From Tubiluchus corallicola (Eukaryota; Animalia; Priapulida): 64,000 nt of DNA. The stretch is from assembly GCA_030141605.1 (NCBI GenBank), contig JAQGDQ010000002.1, forward strand, positions 1,550,001-1,614,000. The letters are read 5' to 3'. Shown piece by piece: positions 1 through 21,094 of the stretch. The translations under genes and the position numbers were made by a program. The notes beneath the pieces are model-generated. The model saw nothing but the letters and a program-made list of their open reading frames with translations. It was not told the DNA's origin and searched no databases. The stretch's first letter is position 1; each line of letters begins with the position of its first letter.

Positions 1-140
1 GTTTACAAACCACAATAATTTGAGATTTGAATCGCTAAAGCTGTTTACTTCTAAACTTCGAATTAAGCGAGGCTTTTTATTGGTCACTGACAGATACATA
101 AAGAAAAATACAAAATTATTTGTATTCAAAATCTAGTCAC

Positions 141-1513
141 CTCTGTCATAATCACCAGTCTGCAGCGGTCGTAAACAGAGATTCTCTCCAGGATAAGAAG
201 GTGAAATTTTTGGACTATAAGTTGCATATGTCGTGCTGAAATCAACTCTTTTTAGCAGATCATGATCAAACAAAACTTTATCTTTGAGTCCAATCTGAAA
301 ATTCAAAAAAATTGTTAAATGAACAAAAAAAGTTCTAAAAAATGAGTTTTTATGAATAAAATGTATTGTTCATTGTTGATCATATTTTCAAAATGTTGCT
401 GAATACAACTTTTTTACATTATTGATAATGTAACAAAACCAAAACTCTAATAATTCCATATGATTTTTTAAAAGGTGGTGCATAGTTAATTGACATAAGA
501 CTTTTATAAGTTGTAGGATCTAATTCAAGAAGCTTCTTGCTCCCTTTATAAGTACATGATCTGAGTTTCAGACTCCCTATCCTACTTTTCCTAAAGCATT
601 TCAAAAATTGAAAAGTGCTTTACATCATTTCACCTTAGGATCTTAGAAGCTTAGAATAGCAAGATACAGGAATATAGTTAAAATTAGAAACTATGTCCAA
701 CATGAAATATGAAACTATTTCCAGTAATAGAAGCGACAAAGCTACAACTGCTGGAAGATGGCAAAGGCCATTGTTTAACCTATTGTTTACTACAGTTTGA
801 GACAAACCAAAATAGAAGGGAATGACAAGACGTGTGACAATTGGGTTGACTAAAGGTTATTGTCACAGATTTACAGGTGGCAAGTCAGAAATGCAAAATG
901 TGATGAAAGTACAATGTACAAAGTTCTAGTAGCAATATTAACTGATACTAAAAGAAGATGTAAATTTGAACATGTTTTGCTTTTGGCTGCATACATGTAA
1001 TACAGTGCTTACTTAAAACTTTTCTGTGATGTGTTAGCATCATAGTACAGCAAAACATAGTACTAGCCTTTCAATGAAAGGATTGAAAGGAAGCAGTTTC
1101 TGAACTACATTAGCAAATGAGAACCCAATTAGAAATGATAAAAAGGACTGTATGCACAAAAATGCCAGCAATTTTAATTTATACAGCTAACATGTGGAAT
1201 TTCATTGCATACGTGTGCATTATTTTCAGCAGCAGCCATAGCTATCCTGTATCTATCCTGTTGGGTGCAATATACAAGACAGTAGGTGCTAAACATCTAG
1301 GCATGCACTTTATACTTTTTAAAAGTTTTTTTACTTTTTGGTAGTGAAATTTTGAACCAGCACCATAAATTCTGAATTACATAACACAATAACAAGTTAC
1401 CAACTGGTAGCATCTTTCTGCTAATGGATTACTATCCATGTATGAGTATTAACCGTTAATAACGCCTAATTAGTCTCACTTACTTCAAATTTTTCATGTC
1501 CGTTAGAATTCAT
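141..1513 (-). CDS. GNPNAT1: Glucosamine-6-phosphate N-acetyltransferase, 5' part: coding exons 1513-1484 and 294-141; continues beyond the left edge
   Basis: The spliced translation [62 protein letters not shown] matches the GNPNAT1 N-terminal pattern (FDxxLLKxVD...SPxISPxxPGExLxLRPL). Canonical AG/GT sites, in frame. Confidence 0.9.
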
Positions 1514-2499
1514 AACAAAACCAATGAAATGGTACCGTCCAGCTACCTAAATAAGCAAAGCATAGGGTAATGCATTAATAGATTTAAAGTTAACTTGAGT
1601 AAAGAAAAATTTAACAATAAATTTTCAAATAATTTTATTCACTACTGATTGAACTCACTTGCCTGGTATTGAAAAATGCTAAAATGAGACAAAAAATTAA
1701 TCAACATTATCACATCAATAACACCAAACCAGTCAAACACATGTATATATGTGCGCAAAGGTCAAATAATGGCCAAACAAAATGTTGTGCTTTGTCATGT
1801 CAGATTTATATTATGAAAAGTCATAACAAAATATAATAGCAACTAAACAGGAGCACATACCAATGTAGCTAATTTATTTGAATTTAAAGGTAACAATTAC
1901 TAGTTAGCACTTGTTTGAAAATGCGGAAAAGTGTCTTCAAGGCAATGACCATTTGTCTTACATTAAATGCACTTCCTATGTTTAGCTATTTAAAAGATAT
2001 TAACACAGTAATGTAGTGATTTATAGACATACATTAAAATAACTAAACTGAAAAAATATTTAACTAGTTGTCCATCATGCACATATTGTGCACTGCACAT
2101 CAGCTCTTACAAAACAAAATAACTGCTTTATGCTTTGGCTGTTTATAATTAGGCACGTCCCAATAGCTCGTCAAATGAAAGGCCTAGATCCTATTCACTT
2201 TTGACAGGATACTTTATAGGGGACTCGTGAATACGCCACCTTATGTAATAATCATTACATCTGCCTGTATTCTTATAAGGTAAATGTGCCCGTGGTTCGA
2301 GGAGATTCCAAACAGGCCAGTCTGTTTTCATAGGTACCAGAAAATAGGGTCAGCTATCACTACACTGAAACAATAATGCATAAGCCATGTTTTTCAAGAA
2401 CGCTATATTTCTAACTAAAAACCAATTTTCCCCTCAGACTCATAAATCAATGAGTGTACGGAGAAAACGGGCTTTTGCATAACAAGCATAATAGTTATT

Positions 2500-2830
2500 A
2501 GTTTGTTCTTTCTTATCACGGTTTCTGTTTCATTACTCAACAAATTTTCCTTCGTCACACTTAATAAATTTCAAAAACAAACCAAGCAATAACTGCAACG
2601 ACACAACTACAACTAACTACTGCAGCCTACTAGTAATAGCCTTTTAAATTACCACAGAAAGGCGCTACGACTTTTATTAATTTACATTGTAACAGATTGA
2701 AATTCGTAAATAGTTTTTCGAAACAATTTATACGTTATTATTATGTTAACGGTAGCGTAATTATCATGTTTCATATAAACCCTTTATTTAATAAAAAAAA
2801 ATTGAAAAACAGTTGGTAGGTAAGTGAAAT
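2500..2830. promoter_or_regulatory. Probable bidirectional promoter region of GNPNAT1/CRLS1
   Basis: Lies between divergent genes and is locally richer in CpG. A + strand donor AG|GTAAGT near 2820 may end a CRLS1 5'UTR exon. Inferred only. Confidence 0.4.
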
Positions 2831-3006
2831 GGCAGCCTGCAGCAAGTGTAATTATATATTAAAAAGGTAAGTGCATAGTTAAAAACAACCATAGTTAAGC
2901 ATAATCTCAAAGTCAACAACACGAACATTAAAGAATATAACATCTCAAGGGATGGAAGTCAATCCTGGAAACGTTATAAATACATGGAATCACTACTCAA
3001 CACTAG

Positions 3007-3440
3007 CTAGTAGTAGTAGTAGTAGTAGTAGTAGTAAATCTCCAGTAGTTATAATATAACTTTTGAGACAAATAGTTCTTCGACTGTAATTGCGACAATT
3101 TGCACATTCAATAGATTGTCATCAACACCTAGGTGACTCCACTGGCAAGTTTTCTCACTATAATATGTAATCCAGCATCCTTGTTATAGGCATGTTCCAA
3201 TTAGCACGGTGATTAAATTTCAATGGATGATGTTCATAGTGTCTATCTAATTTTGATTTAAATAAATTTACAGATGTTGTGTTCTCATCATTCCAGATTC
3301 TGGCATCGTACAAGAAAATAGTCGTATTTACCAGTTTTGTGTGAGTTCTTGATTTATGAAGAATAGGACCTGATCTTGCTGTACGATGTACTTCTAATTT
3401 AACAGGACAATCATCACAGCTGTAAACTCCAGATACATAT
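3007..3440 (-). mobile_element. 3' remnant of a CR1/L2-group LINE with (CTA)n tail
   Basis: The minus-strand ORF contains ...RIWN...SVNLFKSKLDRH, typical of CR1/L2 ORF2 C-termini. The (TAG)n run at 3007-3036 lies at its 3' side. Confidence 0.55.
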
Positions 3441-3719
3441 TTGTATACATCAATTAGTTGGCCAGCTGATATCACTTTTATCAGAAATAGGAAGAAACAG
3501 GCTGTGTACGGTTTTGTCCAAAATAATTTAATTCTAATTAGCAAGAAACTATCCCTCAAAATAAGGGTGGGGATACATATGTAACTAGTGTTTTCATGTG
3601 CAATAGTGAAATTTGAGGTTTGACTGCAACGCAGGAAGCAGAAATAGACGTATTCCACAGAGGTCCACTAAATTAATCCAAAAATTAAAGATGAAATGGC
3701 CGTATAGTATGTCAATACA

Positions 3720-3800
3720 AATGAGCAGCTGTGTAACAGAACCAAAGAGGAACTTTTGAGCACTAAAATTAGAATCAGGAGGCTAAGATAGGTGGAACAT
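3720..3800 (+). mobile_element. Short RTE-like LINE remnant
   Basis: Translation NEQLCNRTKEELLSTKIRIRRLR*VEH resembles the RTE C-terminal N.EL......I..RRLRWxGH motif. Confidence 0.4.
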
Positions 3801-4394
3801 TTAGATTGTGAGAAAACGATACTAGTACTAGTACAGTAGTAGTAAGATTATCATTAAACGAAACACTAAAACCTACTTAAAATAATTCCAGGTAAACCAA
3901 AAATGATTTGGATGTCAACAGTTAATGAGGATTTACAACATCTGAAATGTATATCAGCAAGGGGATAATATAAGTAATTCTTGTATGGAAGTTTCGAGAA
4001 AAATTCTAGGACATGATAATACCCGCAAGTCCTCAAAAGTAGTGAATGATCTGTGAGTTGAGCAGTTATCCACTGATCAAACACATGCCAGGTTAAATGA
4101 TAAGGCAAACACAGATACTAGTACAGTAGATGTTTTTAATGGACTCACTTTGGAATGGAAATGTTTGACTGGGCAAGTTACCAGCTGAGCCTATTAGCCG
4201 ACAGGTGTAGTATTACTAATATAGAAGTATTAATCATGTATCACCACTCTAGTGTGCACTATAAAAGCTTAAAATGAATTTTGAAAACGAAATAATCAAT
4301 AAATCACTATGTGCAGTTATTTAAACATACTAATTTATATAAGAAAATAAAAAAGTATGCTTTTCTAATCCTTAAAGTATGCTTTATTTTTCTT

Positions 4395-4429
4395 CAAGAG
4401 CTTTTATCCTGCACAGACTTCGTCAGGTG
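4395..4429 (-). ncRNA. Degenerate minimal hammerhead-like motif (Penelope-like pLTR), inverted partner of 4536-4570
   Basis: The reverse complement reads CAC-CTGACGA-A-GTCTGTGCAGGAT-AAAA-GCTC-TTG. Flanks are homologous to 4525-4590, but the GAAA box is mutated. Confidence 0.45.
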
Positions 4430-4535
4430 TACAGAAATGTGCAATGTTAAAATCAAACCGCTATAGCAATTATAATTGTAGTTTCGCCTGTAATTTTAAT
4501 ATTGTGCAGCTCTCTCTGTATTATATCTCTCTGTA

Positions 4536-4570
4536 CAGCTGATGAAGCCTGTGAGGAACGAAAGCTTCTG
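4536..4570 (+). ncRNA. Minimal type-I hammerhead ribozyme motif of Penelope-like element type
   Basis: CAG-CTGATGA-A-GCCTGTGAGGAAC-GAAA-GC-TT-CTG: core CUGAUGA/GAAA/UH, palindromic short stem III (AAGCTT), 3-bp stem I CAG/CTG, imperfect stem II. Confidence 0.6.
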
Positions 4571-4987
4571 AAAAAAAAATAAATGTTTTTTTTGAGATTT
4601 AAAACAAAAAGTAGTAGAAGAAACCAGAGATGGATATTACTTTTTTACTTATCTACAACCACAGGATTTGCATCTGTACATATCCGCGTCTGTAGGTTAA
4701 TGCGACATTTGAAAATTTGCTTGTCCATAAGATCAGCGAAATGGTAGATAAAAAATAGACTTGCCATGTTTTATTGGCATACAGTCATGATTAGGTACTG
4801 AGTGAGTACTCTAGAAGAAGCCCCGTATTTTTTCACAAAGTATTTGTCAGCTGAAGATTTAAGCTTTATTATGATTGATGTGGCAATCACCATGGTAGGT
4901 AATTTATTTCATTCTTTTGCTACTCTCACAGTAATGAAATGTTTATGAATATCAGGACATAACTGCTTTTTAAAAAATTTTAAACTA

Positions 4988-5954
4988 CAGTAGGTGCCGC
5001 TTAATAGACTCATGGTTAATAGACTCAATTGCTTAGTTGACTCAAAAATGCCTGAAACGGGCCGCTTCTATTCAAATATACATAAAAGCTATCGGTAATT
5101 GACTCAAATAACGCCGCATAATTGACTCAATATTTTTCCTTCACCTACTTGAAATAAGATATTTGTATGGACCAAAAGAGTCTTTTCTACTTTTATGTCA
5201 TCTTTACTTCCCTTTTGTGCACTATGTATGCAGAAACAATCATGTTAAGTACCATTTTATTTCTAAGCAGGTACATTTATCATGCGCTAATATGCTAGCG
5301 TAGCGGTTTTGCTTTGAATCTGTAACCCGCTCGCCCACTGTTACCCAAAGAATTTCTGGAAGCTAAATGTTTAATCACTTGCCTAGCAGTTTCCTTTTGA
5401 TGCTCTCATTTCACACTTTCAGGCTTAATAAGTTAACAGTCAAAGATGCAGGTACAATAACCAGCTGGTATTCCTTGTGACTTAAAGAGTAAACATCATT
5501 CAGCAAATAAGAGCAATTATAAGTGAACAGATGATTCAGGACTGTTTTAGTCACACACAACAACAGATTTTCAACATTTTCATAATTACGAGAACTTTGT
5601 GGGCTAACTTCTGAGCGAGAAAATGAAGCAGCCGACTTTGAAACAATTTTTGTAATTTTTGCAAATAAACAGACTTAGAAAAGTCTGTGATTTAGAAAAG
5701 TATAGTTTTTAATTTATTGTTTATTCACTTATATAAATTAATGTTTTAAAATACTTTTTCTAATTTTTAACTGCACAAAGGAACTTAGGCATTACTTCGT
5801 GTCTAAAATTCATAAAAAACCTTTGCAGTGCATAGTAAGCTGATGACTCATACTTTTATACCTGTAATACTACACCCATCGATTAATAGGTTCAGTCGGT
5901 TAACTGGTCAAAACACGTCGGTCCCAAAGTGAGTCTATTAAGTGGCGCCTACTG
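4988..5954. mobile_element. Non-autonomous Tc1/mariner-pogo-like MITE, copy 1
   Basis: TIRs CAGTAGGTGCCGCTTAATAGACTCA / TGAGTCTATTAAGTGGCGCCTACTG with TA on both sides. Homologous along its length to 34923-35811. Confidence 0.85.
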
Positions 5955-6322
5955 TATATCCTCAAACGATTGTACTATATTGTATCCAATATAAGTTAGG
6001 AGTTATAATCATTAATCAATAATAAGTTACTAACAAAACTAAAAGAATTTTGCTTGTGATCCCGCAATGATAATTCATACCCCACCATGCATGTATGCCA
6101 ACCACATGATGCCACACCACACCACACCACCCCACCTTATCACTTTCAACACTCCATACCATGAATCATTTCATGACAAACTTGAAATGTTTAAATTGCA
6201 GTTACCAAGTTTCGTATTGTACAGAATTTAGATTTGTATGTGAATTCATTAATACCTATGCAGAATTTACATGGTTTTTATTTTAGATAAGCTCATGTTG
6301 CTGAAGTGAATTGCTTTTTGTC

Positions 6323-9300
6323 ATGGCTGCTACGGCTAAATTTGGAGTTTTACGTCACTTGTTTCACCACAGAATTTTTGCATCTGAAATTCGGCAAGTG
6401 GCTTGTTTGCATATAAACAATGGATGTACAAGTAAATATTTTTGTTCATCTGTGACTTGGCTCATATCACCACAATCATTCTCGGAGCTAAAGGAAAGTA
6501 AAAGAAGAAACTCTCTTCATGAATGTGGATATATTACCTGCAGCAACAGAGGAAATAGAAACTGCTTTAGTAACTCCTCATTCTTTGAAGGCAGTGCTAA
6601 TGTCACATCTCTGCGCATATTAGCAGAAAAGCAAAACAATTGTTTTAGTCAAATCAGACTATGTCATTCAGAAAGTAGCAAATCTGATATCCAGAAAAGG
6701 CCAGCAATCAAATCTGTGGTTTCAACTAAAGTTACACAGACAAAAGCAAGAATTGTCGAGACAAAGGAGAAGTTGAAAGATAGCGTAGAAGAAAAATTTA
6801 AAGAGATTGTGAGTATATTGAAATAAATCTTCATTATTATGTTCACTGAATTTTGTAATGTGATTAAATGGGGAAAATAAATTTCATCTGGTTTGCAAAC
6901 TAAGGAAAATGCAGATTGTTCGTCTTCGTTAATTTCAAGCAAATATAATTGAACAAAAAAAGAAACTAAAAAGATTGTGGGCGTAATGTCCTGAAATTTT
7001 CTGAAGCTAAGGTCAATGTAAATGAAATGTACAGAATCTCTTAAATACGTCCAGTGTTAATGACAAGTCATTTAATTGTTGTTTTAACTGCAGTTTATAC
7101 TATTATTTTGTTTATTTTCATTGATAGTGGCGATGCACAGTAAACACTGTGTGCGATATTTGAAACTTATTCTTTGGCAAAATCCTAAAGCCATCAGTTG
7201 ATTTGTCTCAGTACTTTGTTGATTACTGCAGTGTCCCATTTAACGTATTAAGTCTCATCAGTGTTTCCTATTGAAATTAGTTAGTTGCCTATTTATGATG
7301 ACTATATTTTTGACTATGACCACAGATGTGCTTCTGTGCCATTGCCATCTGATAAATTGCATTTATTTACAGTCTGAATTGTTGATCTGTTACTTCTCCC
7401 AATGGCAATACAAAATTGACTGAAGCTAGTAAGCTGTGCTATGTATCAATTTTGTGTTATCCTAAATCTATTTTTAACTAACCAAATTTTACTGTTTTTA
7501 TATTTAATATTGGCTGATGAATAATAATCAATTGTATTTTTTTACCATGTTGTCGTAGAACCTAAATACATGTATAACTTGATTTTTGCTTAGCAAGAAA
7601 ACATCTTAACAATTCCCAATGTCTTATCGACCATGAGGATCCTTATGTCTCCTGTTATAGGATATTTGGTGCTGGATCAGAGCTATGTGATGGCAGCCAC
7701 ACTGTTTGTTGTAGCAGGGATGTCAGATTTGGTAATTGCATATTAAGTATGTAGGAATAGGTTTAGTTTAAAAAAATCATTTGTTATGTGATGTGTGGTG
7801 TTTAGCTATAAATGTAAAACCACATTTATGCATAACTGTTTAGTTTGCTGTTTAAAGGAAAACCGTACCCAATTTTAAACTACAGCTCAAAACAGTCTGA
7901 CCTACCCGTAAAATATTGAAAGGAAACTTACTATTTTTTAAAGACTGACTTACGTGAAAGAATTATTACTACAGAAATGTGTAATTTCACGTCCGTGCAG
8001 CTAGTTCTTCACTGTTACGTGCATTTCGTCATTCGATAGTAAGATGGGAACTAACGACTGCATCTCAGAAACGTGTTTCACAAAAAATAGGCTCAGTTCT
8101 GATGTGGTACACAAGTTTGAAAGCTCATGCATTAGCACAGAAAGTTGCTGAGTATTTGTGTATCACATTAGATGTTGTACAATAGCATTGTACTTCAAAT
8201 GTCGCTTTCGTAAATACCTGCAGTACGCTCATGGAATGTTTGTTCTGTTAAAAATTATGTTCAGTTGTGATGTCATCACTAGTTGGGTTCGCCCACCCTT
8301 AATTAAGATTTTAACTTATTATTTAACTATCAGATACACTTTGGCATTATTATAGGTGACAAAATTTTTGCTTTTTTCAGTATTTCAAAATGCGGTAGGA
8401 TATGCAAAATCGTCCTGTTTTCCTTTAAACATTAACACTTGGAAGCACTAGCACCGCTTTTTTATCTTATAGTATAAATTAAATAGTAGAAATGCTTAAT
8501 GTAGTCATCGGTCATTTCATTTTAATTTATGATCGAATGCTTATTCGACCGTCATGGCTGAAAACTTTCAATAAAATTGATTAATCGGAACAGCACTAGT
8601 CGGATGAGTTTTAAAGGGCTCCGCCACAGTCTTTAAAACACAAAAATTATTGTGTCTGTTTCAAGTAACTTAGCAATGCCTATTAATGACTTAAAAAAAT
8701 TAATAAGTTCAGAAGTATAACAAGCATAATTCTTCCTTTGACTTACCTAAAGATGAGTATCATAGGTGGTCATATCTTTGCTTTTAGCTTAATTGTATTT
8801 GAATCATCGAGGCAATAGACCAGTTATACTCGAAAGTTCATAAATTTTGAAAATTTGCATTTTTAATTTTATAGCTTTTTAGCCACAGGTATATATACAA
8901 TAATTTTAACACAACTGCCTTTAATCATTTAATGTTATTCTCTTAATGTAGTTCACTTTAAGAGGCATTGAACTTCATCTCATTTCAGTATTTTAAATAC
9001 AATTATGTTTCCTTTTACAGTTAGATGGCTACATAGCACGCAATTTTGATGGACAAACATCAATATTAGGCAGCATATTAGATCCTTTTGCAGATAAAGT
9101 GTTAATCAGCGTTTTGATTGTGACATTAACTGTGAATGAACTCTTACCAAGTAAGTCACCACGTTAGCACATTTATAGCTGTTAGCAATTATTAACATTT
9201 CCAGCTGTTTTTGTGAAAGAATTTAAACCGAAGGGACGCACACTTTATGTAGAGTGCACTTTAGATTGATAATCTTCAACATGCAATTGATTATAATTTA

Positions 9301-11300
9301 TTTTATAAATATGTGCGTTTTATCAACATGGTTGTGTTATTGACATAGCAGTAGCTGTTGAAAATGAGTAAATCAGTAGCATGTTTAAAACTAACTCATC
9401 TGTGCAGTTGCACTGTTACTTGTTTTCTTGCTGTCAATTGCATATTATTTCTACTGTTATTTTTTATCTTTCAGTACTATGACTCTAAAATAAAATAAAA
9501 ATTACATTTTCTACAACTGTGAACTGAATTTGTCATCGGGTTATTACTTTACGTAGTGAGACATCATTTTTGTTTCATCCAACAATTTTTGCATCTTAGG
9601 TTTCTGGGAGAAGCTAAAATGAAACACATAATAAATTATGAAGTTTTTGGTCACTGGCAATTTTAGGCTTTTTTCAGTGCTAAAGGTCATTTGCCATTAC
9701 ATGTTAGCACCTTGCTAATGTGCTGTGCAATTCATATTGGCTTTTTGCTGAAAGTAAAAGGGTAAGGTCTGAGTTTGAAGGGCAAAGTCTTGAGTACTAA
9801 ATTATTTTCTTTCAGTACCACTCACAGCCTTGATATTGGCCAGAGATGGCATTCTTATTGGTATTGGATTCTGGCTTCGCTACATTTCACTACCACCTCC
9901 ACTGACCCTGCGCAGGTACTTCAACATCAAGCACGCGACCACGCAGTTGCAACCGACATCGATTAGCAAAGTCAACACAGCTGTGCAGTTATCGCTGATT
10001 GCACTAACTGTTGCAGCTCCAATATTTCACTTTGTTGACCACCAGTTTCTGCATGCACTTTGGTTAGTTTTGAGGATATTTAAGATTCCAGTTTAAAAAA
10101 TATGCATATTATTTACTTTTAAACATTATAAGCTATCCAAGCATTGTCTCTTATCTGTCATGAGATTCATAAGCATTTCAAATGCAATTTTGGAATGATA
10201 TTCCTATTAAATTATTTAATAGTCTTTAGACAAATACTCTGTAATAACTGCTATTCTGTATTCTTCATTTAGGTTTTGCCTATTTGCACCCAGAAAACAA
10301 TAAAAATGAACAATTTTTGGCTATTTTCTTGCGTAATTGATATTTAATATGTAAAAGAACTTTTAACACTTGCTTTAAAATTTTTTATGACGTGACATGA
10401 ATTTTTTGTCAAAAACTAACTTTTTGCAAGTGTTCATACCATGCTAGTGGCAAAGGCTACTTAGGAATGAGGGGTGATTATCAGTTGCGGTTGTAAAGTA
10501 ATGGAGGGGGGCGATCAAGCATCCCTCCAAGCATTTGAGCTGCAGGCCCAATAGGGAAATGAAATTTAGCCTGTTAAAGTACAAAATCCATCTTGGGACT
10601 GAGTGGTGTAAGGGATGGAAATGACTATTTGGGGACTGAACAATTGGATTGGCCCATCTCTCCAAACATTGAAGCTAAGGAGCTTGAAACTGCCCCAGTT
10701 ATTACTTGTGGTAAGTGTTTCGATGTTGGCACATCAAAATTTGCAGAACAAACTTCCCTAAGGAGCGGGTCTAAACATAGAGAGGTTCATTTGTTTCCCA
10801 GGGGTTAAGGCACTTGTTCAGTCATTCATGTTACTCCAAGAGAGGAAGATAGTAATTCGAAACTGTGTCAGCTGCTAGTGGAAGAATATTATTGGAATTA
10901 ATGAAATGCGGCAAAATTCCTGCTGCAGTTTGCTAATAAAAATTAATCAGCTTTTAACAATGCACTTTTATGCGCTGAATCATCATTAATTTCTCAAGTA
11001 GAATATTCAAGGGAATTTTCGTTTAAAGTATCGCGAAAGATGTGTTTACGAAGCAGGTTTAGTGCACGTGATCTTTATCATTTGTAACTAAAATGATTTA
11101 TAATGTACTTGAATATTTTTAGACATTGTGACTTTTCAAAATAGAAAAAGTTTGACAAATTTAAATAGCATGTAATTACCATAATAATCTTTTACAGGTA
11201 TATCACAGGAGCAACTACAGTCTTGTCTGGTCTCAGTTACATGGTACAAAGGGACACATTCAAAATTCTTAATCCAGCAAAGAAACGGGTACAAAACTAA
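6323..11300 (+). CDS. CRLS1: Cardiolipin synthase (CDP-alcohol phosphatidyltransferase), about 367 aa; exons 6323-6808, 7594-7731, 9021-9150, 9816-10062, 11198-11300
   Basis: The spliced product contains [11 protein letters not shown], the CDP-alcohol motif [11 protein letters not shown]...[29 protein letters not shown] and [15 protein letters not shown]. All introns GT-AG and in frame; N-terminus resembles a mitochondrial targeting peptide. Confidence 0.93.
7856..8424. mobile_element. TTAA-flanked non-autonomous DNA element (Kolobok-like or CryptonV-like ends)
   Basis: TTAA|AGGAAAACCGTAC ... GTCCTGTTTTCCT|TTAA: imperfect TIRs with a TTAA duplication. Confidence 0.6.
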
Positions 11301-12225
11301 TGTTATTTCATGCACTGCAAGATTGGCTATCTAATTTTTATCTGAACTAAGAATCATTCTTGTCTGGAGCAACAAACTGTGGGCAGTGAGATGCTAGAAA
11401 TTTTAAATGTGATTAAAGATTGCAGTTACCAGATAAAATTACCATTTTGATCATGACTTAAACAGTTGCAGGTAACATATCCAGATCTCGTGATCATGTT
11501 GTGAGGAAGGCAACAAAGATAAGTTGTTTGACTAACTAATACTAGTCCTTTGTTATTAGAGCCTTTTTTGGTTATTTTACAATACACATTAATGTAAAAA
11601 ATTAAATATTTGATGCTGTGGCTGTACATATAGGTAGACGTCAGTGTTTGATGAATGCATAACATGGCAGTTTATTGACTATGCAAGCTAACCCCATTTT
11701 AATGAGTGCTTCTTATCCAGCAATTGTAAACTGCCTTATCAAATTTGCTGTTGTGACAGGTTAGATTCAGAAGATATACATTTCCATCTTAAAAATATTT
11801 GAGTTAACAGAGAATCTGTTGTTTTGCTTTTGCTGAGCAAAAATTCTGTTTCAGGCATATATTTGTTTATTGTACAATGTAAAGTTATATTTCATAGAAA
11901 GAAGTTGTTAAAAAGAAATCTTATGCTCACAAGCATTTTATTTTTCAACAATCATAATTTTATCATTTTAATGTGTTTAATAGTCCCTTTACTTTCAATA
12001 TCCCGATTTTTGTGACTGGCAACGGTGATCATCTGCCACATAAGACTCTTTAAACCCGCAACTTAAACTTTATTCTCAATTGCAGTATCTCTAGTGCGTC
12101 ATCAGGCAGTAGTAATCAGTATAGGTGACACTACTTGCTACAATAACACTACAATTCTCAAGTTTTGTTAAGTATAGTAAAACCTTTATGCAAGATATTT
12201 TTACATAATTTTTGTTTTGCTATTT

Positions 12226-20831
<8,606 letters not shown>

Positions 20832-21094
20832 CCTTGACCTTTAGCAGGTCAGCAAACGGTGTTCCCATCACGGCAAGTTGTCAACTCACCAGCTACAAGC
20901 TTCATCCACTTTCTATGGCATTTTCCCACCCCTGCTGCAAAATCAAATTAATTTGGTTAATTTAATACTAAAACATTAATAATAAAACATTAATTGAGAA
21001 TTATGTCATTTTCACGTTGAAAATGCTTACCCTGTGTGTTCACAGGCGATCGACAGCAGCATTGGTCATACTGGTTTTTCCGTTTATCCAGGCT
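20832..21094 (-). other. Probable TSSK 5'UTR exons (about 21094-21031 and 20934-20832)
   Basis: Strong minus-strand acceptors (TGCTGCAG, TTTTGCAGCAG) and a donor GG|GTAAGC flank GC-richer blocks that lead into the TSSK ATG. Confidence 0.55.

Noticed and set aside
10440-10860. GC-richer block with short ORFs in CRLS1 intron 4 (similar block at about 16170-16710)
   Set aside because: No recognisable protein motif or consistent splice sites; probably old TE debris that I cannot classify.
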